64,000 nt of DNA from Eledone cirrhosa (Eukaryota), in contig OZ024743.1 in NCBI GenBank assembly GCA_964016885.1, forward strand, positions 23,436,001 through 23,500,000, written 5' to 3'. The position numbers were made by a program, and so were the translations under genes. Within the stretch, counting starts at the first letter, position 1, and every line of letters starts with the position of its first letter. The notes under the pieces are model-generated. The model had not been told where the DNA came from and searched no databases. It saw only the letters and a list, made by a program, of their open reading frames with translations. Positions 1 to 13,237 of this stretch are shown piece after piece.

Positions 1-238
1 TGTAACTTTATAGTTTTTATATTTATGTTTTTATCTTTAAGAAATTTGTATACTATATGTGTGTATGTGGTTGTATGCATTTATGTGTGCGTGTATATGT
101 ATTTGTATGTATATTCTCTTTTGTGTCTGTGCTCTGTTTATATGTATGTAGTGTGCTTGTATATTTATATGTATGCGTATGTGTGTGTGTATATGTGTGT
201 GTGTATATGTATATATATGTGTGTATGTATGTACACAC

Positions 239-304
<66 letters not shown>

Positions 305-470
305 ATATGTGTTGGTGTATTTATGTATGGATATATATATGTGTATATGTATGTGTGTGTATATGTGTCTCTGTGTAAATATATGTGTATATATGCGTGT
401 ATATATGTGTATATATATGTATATATGTGTGTATATGTGAGTGTGTGTGCGTGTGTATGTGTACGTGTGT
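1..470. repeat. Degenerate (TA)/(TG) microsatellite tract
   Basis: Mixed tatg/tgtg/tata repeats; the overlapping YI/VC ORFs are artefacts. Confidence 0.95.
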
Positions 471-587
471 GTTGTTATATATTCTTATTTATTATTCTTC
501 CCCCTACCCCTTTTTTTTCTCCAGCCTCACTTTCATATCCGTTATATTTTTGTTTTTCAAATCCAGTCAATAAAGACACCAGCATTT

Positions 588-647
588 TTTCATTCTGATA
601 AATGAAAGGAATTTTGGTTGCTTTCAAGAAACCACTGGTAAATGAAA
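588..647 (+). ncRNA. Type I hammerhead-like motif with G8>A core substitution
   Basis: tttcatt-CTGATAA-a-tgaaag..ctttca-a-GAAA-cca-c-tgg-TA-aatgaaa. Stem I tttcatt/aatgaaa and stem II tgaaag/ctttca both pair. Confidence 0.6.
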
Positions 648-738
648 TAATTATCTTCTGTTGTTTATTACATAACTAATAAGCTCTGTAACCTACATAG
701 AGCACACTTTTTTCCTGAACCTTTCCGACGGATCACTT

Positions 739-837
<99 letters not shown>

Positions 838-1030
838 ATACTTGGGGAGGGTCATATTTGTGTAATATTGCCAGAATTAATAACAGAACACACTCACTGT
901 TTGGTTGGTTTTCGCTTTTCGCTTCTGTGTCTTTTATATCGGTAATCTAATTTATTCGGTCCTCAATGTTGCCATTGACTGACCAACGGTCAAAAATAAT
1001 ACAGATACAATATAGACACAAACGCATATA

Positions 1031-1083
1031 TAGTTTATCAAAGTTCTTTCGTTGCACATCTGCAACATCGTCAGTGGTGCTAT
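1031..1083 (-). ncRNA. Hammerhead ribozyme motif 3' of the PLE ORF
   Basis: Minus strand CTGACGA-t-gttgca-gatg-tgcaac-GAAA-gaactt; same strand as the PLE ORF and downstream of its GIY-YIG; stem I imperfect. Confidence 0.65.
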
Positions 1084-3859
1084 TGTTTCCTCCCGTTACA
1101 TTGTATGTCTACGCCATCTTTATTTAGTCTGTTTATATATTTATTTATTTATTTGTTTGTTTGTTTATTTTATTTTATTTTGTCTTCTTTGTGCATGCGT
1201 TTGCGTGTGTGTATAGTGTTTTGTTTGATGTGTGTTCGTGATTGGGTGACTGTGTATTGGTTAATGTATTCTATCTTTACTAGTGTGTGTTTATATGTGT
1301 TTGTTGTTATTGTGCTTGTGTATGTATTTATTTATTTATTTATCTATTTATTTATTTATTTATACTTCTCTTAGATCAGTGTTGTTTGTTTGGGTGTTGT
1401 TGTTATTCCATTCTTTCTGTTTAGTCTTGGCCTTCTAAGTTCTATTTCACTGGCCTCTCTGATTTGCCTATCTGCTGGGTCATTTCTATGTTTAGATATT
1501 ATTCTAATTTCTGTGTTGTCTATGTTATCGTCGTGTTGTTGTCTGGCATGTTCGTATAGTACTGACCCGTTTTTTCGTCCTTTTAGTTCCCCCCAGTGTT
1601 GGTCTATCCTTTCACCTATGCTACGAGCTGTCTCGCCTATGTATGTTGTTGTCATGTTTCTGCAAGTACCCTCTGTACATCTTATGCTATAGACTACGTT
1701 TCTAGTTTTACAGTTTATCCGGGGGTTTGTTTACCTTACATATGATACATTTCTTATTAGTACAGTGGGTTTTCTTAAAAGGGTAGGTTTTGCTGATCAG
1801 GGATTTTATGGTGGTTCCTGGCTTTTCTGCCACCTTAATCTTTAAGTGGGTCTTTCTCGGGGCCTTTCTACACTGGTTAGCTAATTTCCCTCCAGGGGTA
1901 GCGTCCACAAACATGACACTCTGGTATCTCTGTTTGTCGTACAATGAGGTGGCTTTCCCTATCTTATGTCTAGCCCTATCTAAGCTATTCCATGATTTGC
2001 TCCTGTATAATGGGCAAATTCCTTTCATGTCCAGTTCTATGAGGGTCTTATACTACTCCATGGCTCCTTCGTATACTCTGACTCTGTCTCTTTGGTTGTA
2101 GCCAGAGAACTGCATGCGGTTGATGAAGTGTTGGATGTCTCTTTTCATTTCTGTTGGGTCGCACATGCGGGACACATTCTTTATCACTCGTACCAAATCT
2201 GCGATCAGAATATTAAACTTAGCACTACTGGACATTGCTGAGTTTTTGAGTATGAGGTATTTGGAGGCCATGGGTTTATCATAGTGTGAGTGGAGAATTT
2301 GGCCTCTCTCGTCTATAGTGTTAATCCAGAGTTCCGTGTCTAATACAGGTAGTCTATTGTTAGGGTGTTTGGAAGAGTAGTCGATAGTTACAGTTATACT
2401 CTGGTATATGGAATTAGCTATCTGCTGGATGCCTTCCATTGTGCTACGTTCTAAATCAAACTTGTTAGTGTTCTCTAGTGGGGATGTTCTTATAACTATA
2501 TTGATATCGTCTACGTAACGAGAGTACATGATGAGGTCTATGGAGCTCTCATTAAGGAGATCTTTAAGTCTCCTTTCCCACCATACCATAAAAAGGTTGG
2601 CAACATCACCAGCTATGCTGACGCCAATGGCTGCTCCCTCATTTTGGGTGTAGATCTTCTCGTTGAACTTGAATACGTGACCCTTTAGGGTAGTTTTGAT
2701 GCTAGCCCCTATTGCATGTGCGACCATTTTTCTTACCTGATCATTGTTTTGGGGGGTCCGTATAGCTTTGGTCCACCCAATCCACCTTCCCATGGGAGTC
2801 TTTTTTGCCATTGAGGTTATGGTGGGGGGTCTACCTCTTATGGGTCTACTAGGGCAGAAACATCTAAGGTCATGGCTGTCTAGGTAGTCAGTGTCGTAGG
2901 TAAGTCTAAGTAGGAGGCCCAGTTCGTCTGTGTCGACGTCGCAGAACTCCACCTCACTCTCAATGATCATCTCCACACATTTTTCCACAGCAAAATCAAT
3001 GTTAATGGATGGGTACAGTGACACCACATCCATGCTGCCTATTATGCAGTTGGATAGGTACCTGTTTTTGTTGCATTCACTGATTCTGCTGAGGAGGTCC
3101 TCTGTACTGTCACATACATCTGGGGACATCTTGATTATGGGGCGTATAACCATTGAGAGGAAGTAGGAGATCCTGTAGTTGCTAGCTATATTAGCTCCGC
3201 ATACGGGTCTTGTTGGTGGTCCTGTTGTCGGGTCGTCGACTGTCTTATGGTCTTTGCGGAGCCCATACAAGGGTGGTATGCCATTGTTAGACGCCTGGAA
3301 GTTGTTGGCAGTGCGTCTGCTTGGCTTTAGGATGTCAGTCCACATCATCATGTGAGCGTTGAGGATTTTCTCTCTCCCATCATGTGTTTGCTGTGCAATT
3401 TCGCTCGTGTTGGTGATGTGGGGTTGCATAGCCTTGATGTAGTTCGGCATGCTATCTATTGACATCCTACCAGACTTATCCGTGGGTAGACATACTACCT
3501 CACCATCCCTTGTGCGCTGCTTGAGGCTAACCAAGCCTTCTACAGGTTTCCTCCCAAGTTGTTGGGCCTCTGGTCTGCTCTGTCTCTTAGTATACCGGTC
3601 TACTATTTGTCTAATCTTATTTCTAGCTATGGTGAACTGTGCCTCTGTCTCGTCATCTATTTGTTGTGGTATGCAAACTCTTTTATTAAAGGGTAACCTC
3701 GTAGGAGAGATATTACCCATCTTATATGTTTTGTCAGCTGGGTTGAAAAATAGTTTCTCTAAGGGGTTGTCATTATATCTATCGTCATAGTTGTGTGTGT
3801 TGCTATTATTGTTATTATGGTGGTTGTTGTTGTTCTTATCATTAGCATTATTATTATTT

Positions 3860-4272
3860 TATGATTGCTAGGTGTATTGTTGCTGTGATTGTTAGATGTA
3901 TTGTTGTTATGATTGCTGGATGTGTTGTTGCTGTGATTGTTAGATGTATTGTTGTTATGATTGCTAGATGTATTGTTGCTGTGATTGTTAGATGTATTGT
4001 TGTTATGATTGCTAGATGTATTGTTGCTGTGATTGTTGTTTACTTCACCGTTATTGTTGTTGTTACTGTTATTTCTACCATTGTGGTTGTTACTTTTATT
4101 ATGTTTCTTGTTTTTGTTGTTTCTATCATTAATGTTGCTACATGTATTATTTCCATTATTACCATTGTGGTTGTTGTTGTTGTTGTTGTTGTTGTTCGTA
4201 TTGTTACCGTTATTACTACTGTGGTCGCTGCTGCTGTGTCTGTGGTTAATGTTTCTATTATTATTATTATTG
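3860..4272. repeat. 24/48-bp tandem repeat and (AAC/AAT)n, Asn-coding on the minus strand
   Basis: Repeated gattgctagatgtattgttgctgt-type units at 3860-4035, followed by trinucleotide runs. Confidence 0.9.
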
Positions 4273-4273
4273 T

Positions 4274-4460
4274 GGCGGTGAATTGGCAGTATCGGTAGAG
4301 GGTCGGACGCCATGCTTTCCAGCATAGTTACGTCCCTTTACGATCTGAGTTCAAATCCCGCCGAGGTTGACTTTGCCTTTCAACCTTATGGGGTCAATAA
4401 AATAAAGTACCAGTAATGCACTGTGTAATTGCTGGCCTTGTGCCAAATGTAGAAACAATT
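4274..4460 (+). mobile_element. tRNA-derived SINE (young family, at least 6 copies in the window)
   Basis: B-box gagttcaaatccc, then gactttgcctttca..ataaaataaagtaccagt; near-identical to 62988-63172. Confidence 0.85.
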
Positions 4461-4862
4461 ATATTATAGAATAAAAATGACAGGAGGCCTCCTGTCATTT
4501 TACTCTATAATCCAACAGGATTCAACATCAAAAATGGATGAGTTGCGTAATGTTGGGTGCTTTCCTACTATTACATCATGATTAACATTGCAGTATTACC
4601 AATTCTACTCAGTGGTGAAACACCAAATTTAAACATATATATATATATATATGGCAAGAAAGACATACAAAAAAAGACAAAAATCAAGTGACCTTGTATC
4701 GATCTCCAAATGGCCTCTGACAGCGTGATTGACTGCAATTTGTAGTTATTTTTTTAATTTCAAAACAAGGCTCAAGTAATGCATTTTAAAGCTTAACGTA
4801 AGGAATCGATTAGTTTGTGATTGGCTGAAACCAGCTAATGAGGTGCCAAAAGCAAAATTAGG

Positions 4863-5084
4863 GAGTTTTGTGCTGAAAGTTATGGTGCATTGTGATTGGC
4901 CAACTATCACCAAAACATATGATGTGGTTATAACTGAGTGTGCTACAAAACTATCTACATTTTTACGTATGGCTCACCCTATAAAAATGTAGATAGTTTT
5001 GTAGCACACTCAGTTATAACCACATCATATGTTTTGGTGATAGATGGCCAATCACAATGCGCCATAACTGTCACCACAAAACTC
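4863..5084. repeat. Long inverted repeat (~103-bp arms, 16-nt spacer)
   Basis: 4863-4965 is the reverse complement of 4982-5084 with few mismatches. Confidence 0.9.
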
Positions 5085-5969
5085 AAGTTCACTTGATTTT
5101 TGTCTTTTTTTGCCACATCGTTGGTTTCTTGTTGTTATTGCATGTACCCTGACGTCGTATTATATACATTATATTTACAAACAAGTTGACGAACTGGTAG
5201 AGTCATTAAGGTGTCGCATTAAACTGTTTCGGTATTTGCATCAGCTTACTGTGCTCTGAATTCAAATACTGCTGCAGTTAACTTTGCTTTTCATCTTTTC
5301 GAGGTCAATAAATAAAGTATCATTCCAATAATGGGTTTGATTCTCCCACTTTTTCTGGAAGAAATTGATTGTGTTCTGACATAGAGAGGGATTGACTCCA
5401 CGAGATTTAAAATGCCAAAGAAATGCCATGTATCAGAATGGCAACCCTACAATTCCAGCAGAAGTTACAAGCCCTGTATTTTACCTATATATTCAATCAT
5501 CTCTTCTTGAATTTCTTTAACTTTATAAAAACAAAATAAATTTGGAAATATTCCTCATTTTCATAATCACACTCTACAAATGACATTTGCTGTGTTGACT
5601 TTATATAAAAAATAAAAATAAAAAACACATGCTGTATAAATAAATTGAAGTATTGTATATAGCAATTTATTGTTATCTTAAATGCACAACAATATATATT
5701 TTCCTAAATTCGACATGTGATATATAATTTTATGAAGCTAAGATAAGCAAGCTGTAAAGAATGTCTATCTGATCTCCAGGTAATGTAACTAATGATAAGC
5801 TCTCATTCTATCCAGGGTAATCAGTGGCTTATTAATGCTATTTTCTTAAAACTAGGAAAATACAGTGAAGCTAAATACTGAACTATATGAGCAACATGGT
5901 GTCCCTGCAGAAACTTTAGGTTTTATGAAACAATTAAAAAATGTAGACAATATAAGAAATCTGTGTTAC

Positions 5970-6087
5970 CAGTTCCAATGATTTCAAACTCTATTTCACA
6001 GTGTTCTGATTCAAAAACTGAAATATTCACTGATGATGCAATTATATTCTGTAGCTTTAAAGGATTACCACTAAACAAAGGAATCCA
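5970..6087 (-). CDS. Putative host exon (WIPLFSGNPLKLQ...CEIEFEIIGT), phase 0 to 1
   Basis: Acceptor ttattttcag|TGG, donor ACTG|gtaaca, open frame; phase matches exon 10672-10826. Confidence 0.55.
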
Positions 6088-6311
6088 CTGAAAATAAAAT
6101 TACACGAAATTAAAATATATACACTTACACACACGACTGACTATATAGTTTAGTGTTTTAGCATATATGTATATATATATATATATACCTGCCAGATAGT
6201 CCTATACGAGCGAGACACTGTCACCCGATCAATCTTGCCTCAAGTGGGACAATTCCCGTCTAGCCCATGCTAGCGTGGAAAATAGACGTTAAACGATGAT
6301 GTTGATGATGA

Positions 6312-6366
<55 letters not shown>

Positions 6367-6368
<2 letters not shown>

Positions 6369-7917
6369 GGGTGTACCAGCAAAATTGTACAAATTTTAGA
6401 TTCAACTTCGAGTCTCTGTATCTCAGGAATGCTTAAAGATAACTTAATGGAATTGTCAGGGAATTTTCTAACACCATTGGACTCTACTTTGAGCAAGAAG
6501 AATGTTGAATACTCACTAGAGAATTTGTAATGATTTGATCATGGACGAAAATGACATTTTCATAAATAATTAACCATAGCTCCGGATCGGGAGCTCATAA
6601 AGGATTGGAATAAAGTTTGAATGGAAGCTTAAAGTTTTATTCTAAAGTGCCAGAGACAATCCTGGCCCAAATCCTACCTGTTAGGCATCAAAGGTTGCAC
6701 CTCTTTAGGCAATGACTTCCTCAACCCTCTTCCTGACTGCACCACAAACTTTCTTAATGAATATCCTCCTCCTATGTCCTACGGATGGAGATTTTGAGGG
6801 CGTGCAGGTTACTCTGGGGCTTCTCACAAGCTTTTCTGACCAATACATTCCAGATACTGATGTCTAATGGGTTTAAATGAGGTGATGAAGGGGGCCAAGT
6901 GTCCTTATCCCTAAACCTGTTCCCGACATCATCCCTGAGAAATGTTTGAGCCACTGCACTTATGTAACAAGTATCTCCATCTTGTTGGAATGTAAACTTG
7001 AAGTCCTTAGTGATCTTATTGGTGTTTCCCTCGACCCTTGCCTCAGGATATTCAGAAAGCATCCAGGTCTTTACATCTTTCAAAGCATGAACATAACAAA
7101 CTCATGTCAGTCTCTCAGCCTTCTCAAACATGATCAATAGCCTCCTCTTGCCATCAGAGGCCACGCATGCGAAAATCATCAATTTGGCAGGGTTTTTGTA
7201 CCTGAAAATAACATTTTTGTCTCTCTCGTGAGGATCTGAAACCAGAATGCAGCTGCTGCATCTGTTTATGTTCGTATCTTGGGTGAAATTCTTCTCATCT
7301 GTGTAAAAGATCACACCAGGATTATGTTTCACTTTGTTCAAGATGATTTTCACACTCTTCAACCTTCTAACCTTTTGTCCTGGAGTAACGCGGTGCCTCG
7401 CAGGTCTCACATCCAATTTCATTTTCAAGTTCTTCTGTCACTGCTCTTTGAACTGCCACAGCTGAAACTCTTCCCTCACGTGCCAAGCATCTTATGGATT
7501 GAGTTAGATCTCTTCTTATTGATCACTTCAGCTCCAAATTGAAATAATGATCCCTCTTGTGATTATGATCCAGTTTTCCTCTCCACTATTCCCTCTTTTT
7601 CAAACTTATTTACAATTCTCTTGATGGTTTTTGAATGGACTTTGAAGATGGAAGCCAGAGAATGAATGTTAGTACCATTACTGTAGGCCTGGATGATCTT
7701 AGCCCGCTCAACATTGCTCAGTTGGGAAGACATGGTGAGGCTAGCACAAAACAATTTCAGCTTGTTCTCTTTCTAGCTAAATATCTCAATAGGTATTTCA
7801 CTGATTCTTGCAAAATCTGGTGTCAGTGTGGCCAGATGTCTAATCTGGAAAAATGGTTTATTGGTTTTAAGAAGTTTTAAGAATTTGTGAGCGTGACAAT
7901 TTTGATGTTACACCCGA
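6367..7917 (-). mobile_element. Decayed Tc1/mariner transposon, maT (DD37D)-like
   Basis: TIRs cgggtgtaccagcaaaattgt / acaattttgatgttacacccg within a (TA)n tract; fragments with HTH, YTDEKNF, FQQDG and WPPSSPHLNPLD. Confidence 0.9.
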
Positions 7918-7996
<79 letters not shown>

Positions 7997-7998
<2 letters not shown>

Positions 7999-9200
7999 TG
8001 GTTTGTTGGTTAGGGTTTAAATTTAAGTTTCTATTATTAATTCTATTTGTATTTTGTGCTATTTTCATAGTAGTAGAGTAGGATAGTTTTATAGTGTGTC
8101 TGTTAAAAATAGAGTGGTATCTGTGGGCTTTAGGAAAACACTTATCTAGTGCTTTAAAAAATAGCTTTGCTAAAGGTGCTTTAACGCCTAATGTGAATGA
8201 GGGAGAGTACCAAATACTATTTCTAGTTCTAGTATGTTTGTTTGGTTTACTATTTAATTTGAATTGTTTATTGTTATTATAATTGTTTCTACTTTTGGCA
8301 CAAGGCCAGAAATTATCCCAGTGTATTACTGGTACTTTATTTTAATGACCCCATAAGGATGAAAGGCAAAGTTAACCTCGGCGGGATTTGAACTCAGACC
8401 ATAAAGGGCCGTAACTCTTTGCTGCAAAGCATGGTATCCGACCCTCTACCGATACTGCCAATCCACCGCCATTTATTGTTATTATAATGAATTCTAGGAT
8501 GATTTATCATGTTATTGTTATCTCAGTATTTAATTTTATTCGAGTATCCTGCTCTATGTAAAGCCTTATCATCAAAAATATTTTTATTAGCAGAGATGCG
8601 TGAAATCCGTTGTTGGACGCTATTGACAATAGTGATTTTTATATTTTTAGGATGATTAGAATTGAAACTTACATAATTTAGATTTTCGTTAATTTTATGG
8701 AATGTATAGTAAAGACCTGAGCTAAGGTTTAAGGTTACATCTAAGAAGTTAACGATTTTGTAATTATTCTCGATTTCTAAATTAAGGTTGTAGTTGTTGA
8801 AAAATTGTATTATGGATTTCTTTTTCCTATTAATTTCACTATTGCTATGGTTTTCAATTAAAAGTAACATATCGTCGCGATATAAACCTCCGGTCATCTC
8901 TGCAATTTTTCTATGCAGTACATTATTAATAAATAATCCCACGAGTTCTGTTTCTTGCGCCGAGTCAGATGATCCCATAGTGATATCAAAATTGTTTTTT
9001 CTGTCGGCTCTTGTCCAAAGATGATTATTAAATTCTATTAGGGTTTTACGTGCTGTTAGAATGATATTCATTTATTCACTAGATAGGTCTGTATGTTTAG
9101 AAGCGTAGATATGTGCCTTATTAAGTAATCTAGGGGTAATAGAGAATTTTTCTTGTGTTTTAATCTTATGTTTTTAAACCAATCTATTACTTCATTAGTA
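7997..9200 (-). mobile_element. PLE RT/thumb fragment of a second lineage, interrupted by a SINE
   Basis: FDITMGSSDSAQ..ELVG, GLYRDD, VNFLDVTLNL, SNHP; 7997-8280 reads RNSIWYSPSF..IFNRHTIKLSYS. AT-rich sequence to ~10460 may be its 5' part. Confidence 0.85.
8283..8470 (-). mobile_element. tRNA-derived SINE with ~16-bp TSD
   Basis: Reverse complement of the 4274 family; tttattgttattataa at 8267-8282 and 8472-8487. Confidence 0.9.
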
Positions 9201-10395
9201 CCGTTCCATAGTTTCCACTTTCAGAAGTATTTTTAATCTATGATATTCATTACACTTGACTATATCTTATACAACTTTAAAACTATCCTTATATTTAGTG
9301 AGTATTTCTTTAAAAATTTAACATTTTTTAAATGATCTTCCTTCTTAAATTTAGTATTTTTACCATTTGATATTCTTTTCCTAATGATACTCTTCTTAAT
9401 CTATTTTTTAGATGTAGATTGATAATCTTTAATTGACATTCTGAAAATATCCTCTTCGAAACGCATAATACTTTTTTCCTCTTTTTAATCTTCAAATATT
9501 TCACACATCTTTCGACGTAAATAATATGTAATTGAAATTCTCATCCTTGAAAAAAATAATCTCACACAAAATAATATATAATTTTCCCTACATAATTTCT
9601 AAGTAAATCATTCATCAAATTTAATGGTTAGCAAATAAGATTGGAGTTATCTTTTCCTTTACAATTGAGCAAACATAGACATGATAACTTGTATGATAAA
9701 TTATATAACTTGGCTAAATTAACAATATTCTGAAAACATTTTCAATGTTGGAACAAAATATTTGAATCTACAAATTGTTCTCCTCTTACAACTTGAACTA
9801 CCTCATTTTCTTAAATTTGTTAATGTAAAATGTAAAATCAACATCCTTCGTAACTCATATGAGAAATATAAACAATTAATAATTGTGGTTTATTTCTATA
9901 AAATCACCAATAATACTTATACTTGCACAATTATTAATCTATATAAATATTTATATACTTACAACCTGTTGTAATGTAATAAGATAAAATGTACTTACAA
10001 CCATAATTCTTCATATAATCTAATTGATTATATATACAATAATATAACTCATAATATAGCTAAATATTTTTTTTTTAAATTCTGGAATCATATTCCACCA
10101 TTCCTACAAACTGTTAATTCTTTTTAAATTAACGTAAATACAAGCTCTTCTGGCTTTTTCTTTCTTCTTCCTACACATACGTACATATATCCTAATAATT
10201 ATTTAAATCTACCTATCGTCTAAAAATAACGTTTTTTTTTCAGCCCTATACCTCAACCTCATTTGCATACTCATCTTAATAATTTGAAATATTTGACTTT
10301 TCTTCTCTTTCCCTTCTTTCCTTTACTATCCAGGAAAAACTTGAACCATTAAGATCTTCTCCCTGGGTATGTCAATATTTATAAAACAAACTTTG

Positions 10396-10456
10396 TATTT
10401 TATCTGATGAGAGCGTACCAAAGATTTGGTACCCTTGAAATATATATAATAGAATA
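10396..10456 (+). ncRNA. Type I hammerhead ribozyme, intact core
   Basis: tattttat-CTGATGA-gagc-gtaccaaa-ga-tttggtac-cctt-GAAA-tatata-TA-atagaata. Confidence 0.75.
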
Positions 10457-10671
10457 AATATGGTTTTATAATATAGTATTTAGGATTATGCCAAAACTGT
10501 GTTTAAGCAAGAGTTCCACACATTTATCTAACCAACAGGCAACCAGTAAATACACTCAGACATTAACCCACCCTATCTATTGTTTTAAACATGAAAATGA
10601 AAGTATGATTAAGAATGAATATAAAATGAGAATTTACACCAAAATATGAATTTAATGAAGAATCTACTCAC

Positions 10672-10826
10672 CTTAATATCGTCATTGTGATCAAATTTGA
10701 CATTTGCAGCTGATAATGTGCAGCTTGAGATCCAATATATTTCAGAGACATTGTAAAAATCAAGAAATGTGAAGGCCCATACTGTGTCAAATATACCCGG
10801 AAACTCATATACTCTGGTGAAATTGA
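10672..10826 (-). CDS. Putative host exon (VNFTRVYEFPGIFDTVWAF...HNDDIK), phase 1 to 0
   Basis: Acceptor tttgttttgcag, donor AAG|gtgagt, open frame of complex sequence. Confidence 0.6.
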
Positions 10827-12833
10827 CTGCAAAACAAAAAGAAAATACTTTGGTTCTTAATAAATACAATCAATTAAAACACACACACACACACACACAT
10901 GTATACACACTAAGCTATTCAGAGAAACATGATATAATCAAATGGATTAGACATTGGTCTCTTATCTCATTAATAGCATGTTTAAATCATCTACACAACA
11001 TATCATTTAATACAGTCATGTTCTCTAGGCAGAAGTAGACGATCGTTTAGAAATGTTACCTGTGATAGAAAGGATTTGAAGAATATCATTCTCATTTCTC
11101 TTTCCGCTATGAATTTGCTCGGGCAATTTGAGACATGAATTACAGGATCAGAAGGACCCTTGATGCAATGGGTTTCCCATCACAACATGATAACTTTCTT
11201 CATATTCAAGGGAGATAAACTTCTAATCTAAGACATCACATGTTATGACATGTTCTCTGCTTTCAACCTTGTCACTTTGGCCACAAACCTAGGCATTTCT
11301 ACCCATAACGTGAAGAAGAAGATAGCAAAATACTGGGATTTGATCAATTTTTTCCTTTCCATGTTGATCACTATTGAGACCACTGGTGTCCTCAGTCCCC
11401 AAATTTCCATTTACCTCTGAATAATTGGGAAAAGGCAGCCCACCTGAGGTAGGAACTGAATGAGGGTAATGGCTGATGCAGCAGGGGGCGCTGGCTGTTT
11501 TCCATGGCATCACTTTTGCCATTTTATCCACAGGGTGCAGCTGAAATATAATATCTAGACTGGAGTATAGATTCTGCTGCTACCTCACACTTTCCCTTAT
11601 TTTCTCTATTTTATTTTTTTGTCTTTCTTTTTTAATTGCAAACATAATTTAATCAAAATTTGTTGAATAAATATTTTTCTCCACTGAAAAAGTTGAGGCT
11701 TAGCAGACACTTATATAATGCTAGTCTAAAAAATAATCTTCAATTCAACCCTTTTAAAACATAGATTTTTCAAGAGCGAGAAAAACCTTCTAGCAATTTG
11801 GTCAGTTCTGATATATTGATATATCGACAATGTTCTGATATGATGATAATTTGATAATATATTTACACAATTCCCATTTTATGGCACAGTTCTCATGAAA
11901 TGATAATGTTATAAGATGATACTACATCTCTAAATTATGACATTGCATTAACAAATGTCTTATATGATAACCTTACAGTGACAATGCTGAGGCTGTATTG
12001 ATAACATCCTGGTACAATGACACTGCACAGCTCAGTACTGAGATTAATGACATACTGAGGGGGCCATCTATGTAATCACCTAGCCTGCTAGAAATAGTAG
12101 CCAAGTCTTCCTAAAATCATACGCTGTCATCTTAAAATTAAAATGGAGAAGGACACATTCAATAATTGGGTAAACAAAAAATATGGTGTTGCCATGGTTG
12201 GAATGCCTTTTGATCATAAGTCTGCTTGATCATAACTAACCTGGAATTATGCAACACCAACTACACATATAGGACATCTAAACACTGGCACAATTCAAAT
12301 ATGTTTAACTACATTAACATAATTCAGATATGTTAATTCACTACATTAAAAATGTTAACATTGTCTTGACCATTTGTTTTTCATAGATAAGACATCTTTG
12401 AGTAATGAATATCAGTGATTATTTATTCCATTTCTTTATATTAATTATCTTAAGGTCTGGCAAGTATGGACAAATGCTATGATTCACTGACGAGGTTGAT
12501 TAAGACCAAAATATGACCAGCATTGCCAAATAACATACCAAAGATCAGTTTCACCCCTCAGTGCATGCCTACATTCAATGTCAATTTATCTAAATGTTAT
12601 AGTTATCTCCCCTACTTTTCTTGACCAGAGCTCATTTACAATCTTAAGCTAAGGATTACCTTCTCACTATAAGTGGCTCATCACATTGTGTATGTTATCA
12701 CTGACTTATGATAACATATGTTTGATATGATGACAGATCACAGTTCTGATATAATGACACTAGGTCTCTAGGTTGACAGAGTTCTTGCATGTACGGCTAA
12801 TCCCAGTATATAGATAACAAAGCTTGAACCAAG

Positions 12834-12891
12834 AGAAGAAGAAGAAGAAGAAGAAGAAGAAGAAGAAGAAGAAGAAGAAGAAGAAGAAGAA
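12834..12891. repeat. (GAA)n microsatellite
   Basis: Pure trinucleotide run. Confidence 0.95.
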
Positions 12892-13106
12892 ACACCAGCA
12901 TTTTAACTAACCTTTTAAGAAGTCATTTATAAATTCAATAGGATTGCATATCAGATTTGGTTGGTGTTCTGTGTACAACCAATTGCAAGAGCCAAAATAT
13001 AGAGTTGCAAGTGAGTTAGGCTGTAGTGGGCAATTTTCTGAAATATATAGCAAATACATTTAAAATAAATTACAGCTTTTTATCAATCCACATTCAAATA
13101 AATATT

Positions 13107-13237
13107 TGTTTCTACTTTATTTTATCGACCCCGTAAGGATGAAAGGCAAAGTCAACCTCGGCGGGATTTGAACTCAGATCGTAAAGGGACGTAACTATGC
13201 TGGAAAGCATGGCGTCCGACCCTCTACCAATACTGCC
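13107..13237 (-). mobile_element. Truncated SINE with 19-bp TSD
   Basis: ccacattcaaataaatatt at 13088-13106 and 13238-13256. Confidence 0.9.

Larger units (their letters stand above)
835..4272 (-). mobile_element. Penelope-like retroelement (RT + Cys linker + C-terminal GIY-YIG, Neptune-like), frameshifted and 5'-truncated
   Basis: ORF 2053-3720 has PLE RT motifs (TDKSG, SMDVVSLYPS, GAAIG, RYVDD, LPVLD); 1708-2028 has a Cys-rich linker; 1371-1655 has YIGETARSIGER and RQIREA..I..RPRLN. Boundaries approximate. Confidence 0.9.

Noticed and set aside
25-598. YIYI/VCVC/HTHT ORFs here and at other microsatellites
   Set aside because: Translations of dinucleotide repeats, which lack stop codons by construction.
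3860-4035. Regular repeats as a CRISPR-like array
   Set aside because: Contiguous tandem units without unique spacers, in a eukaryotic context with no cas genes.
4274-4380. tRNA gene
   Set aside because: The A/B boxes belong to a multi-copy SINE family with TSDs; no cloverleaf.
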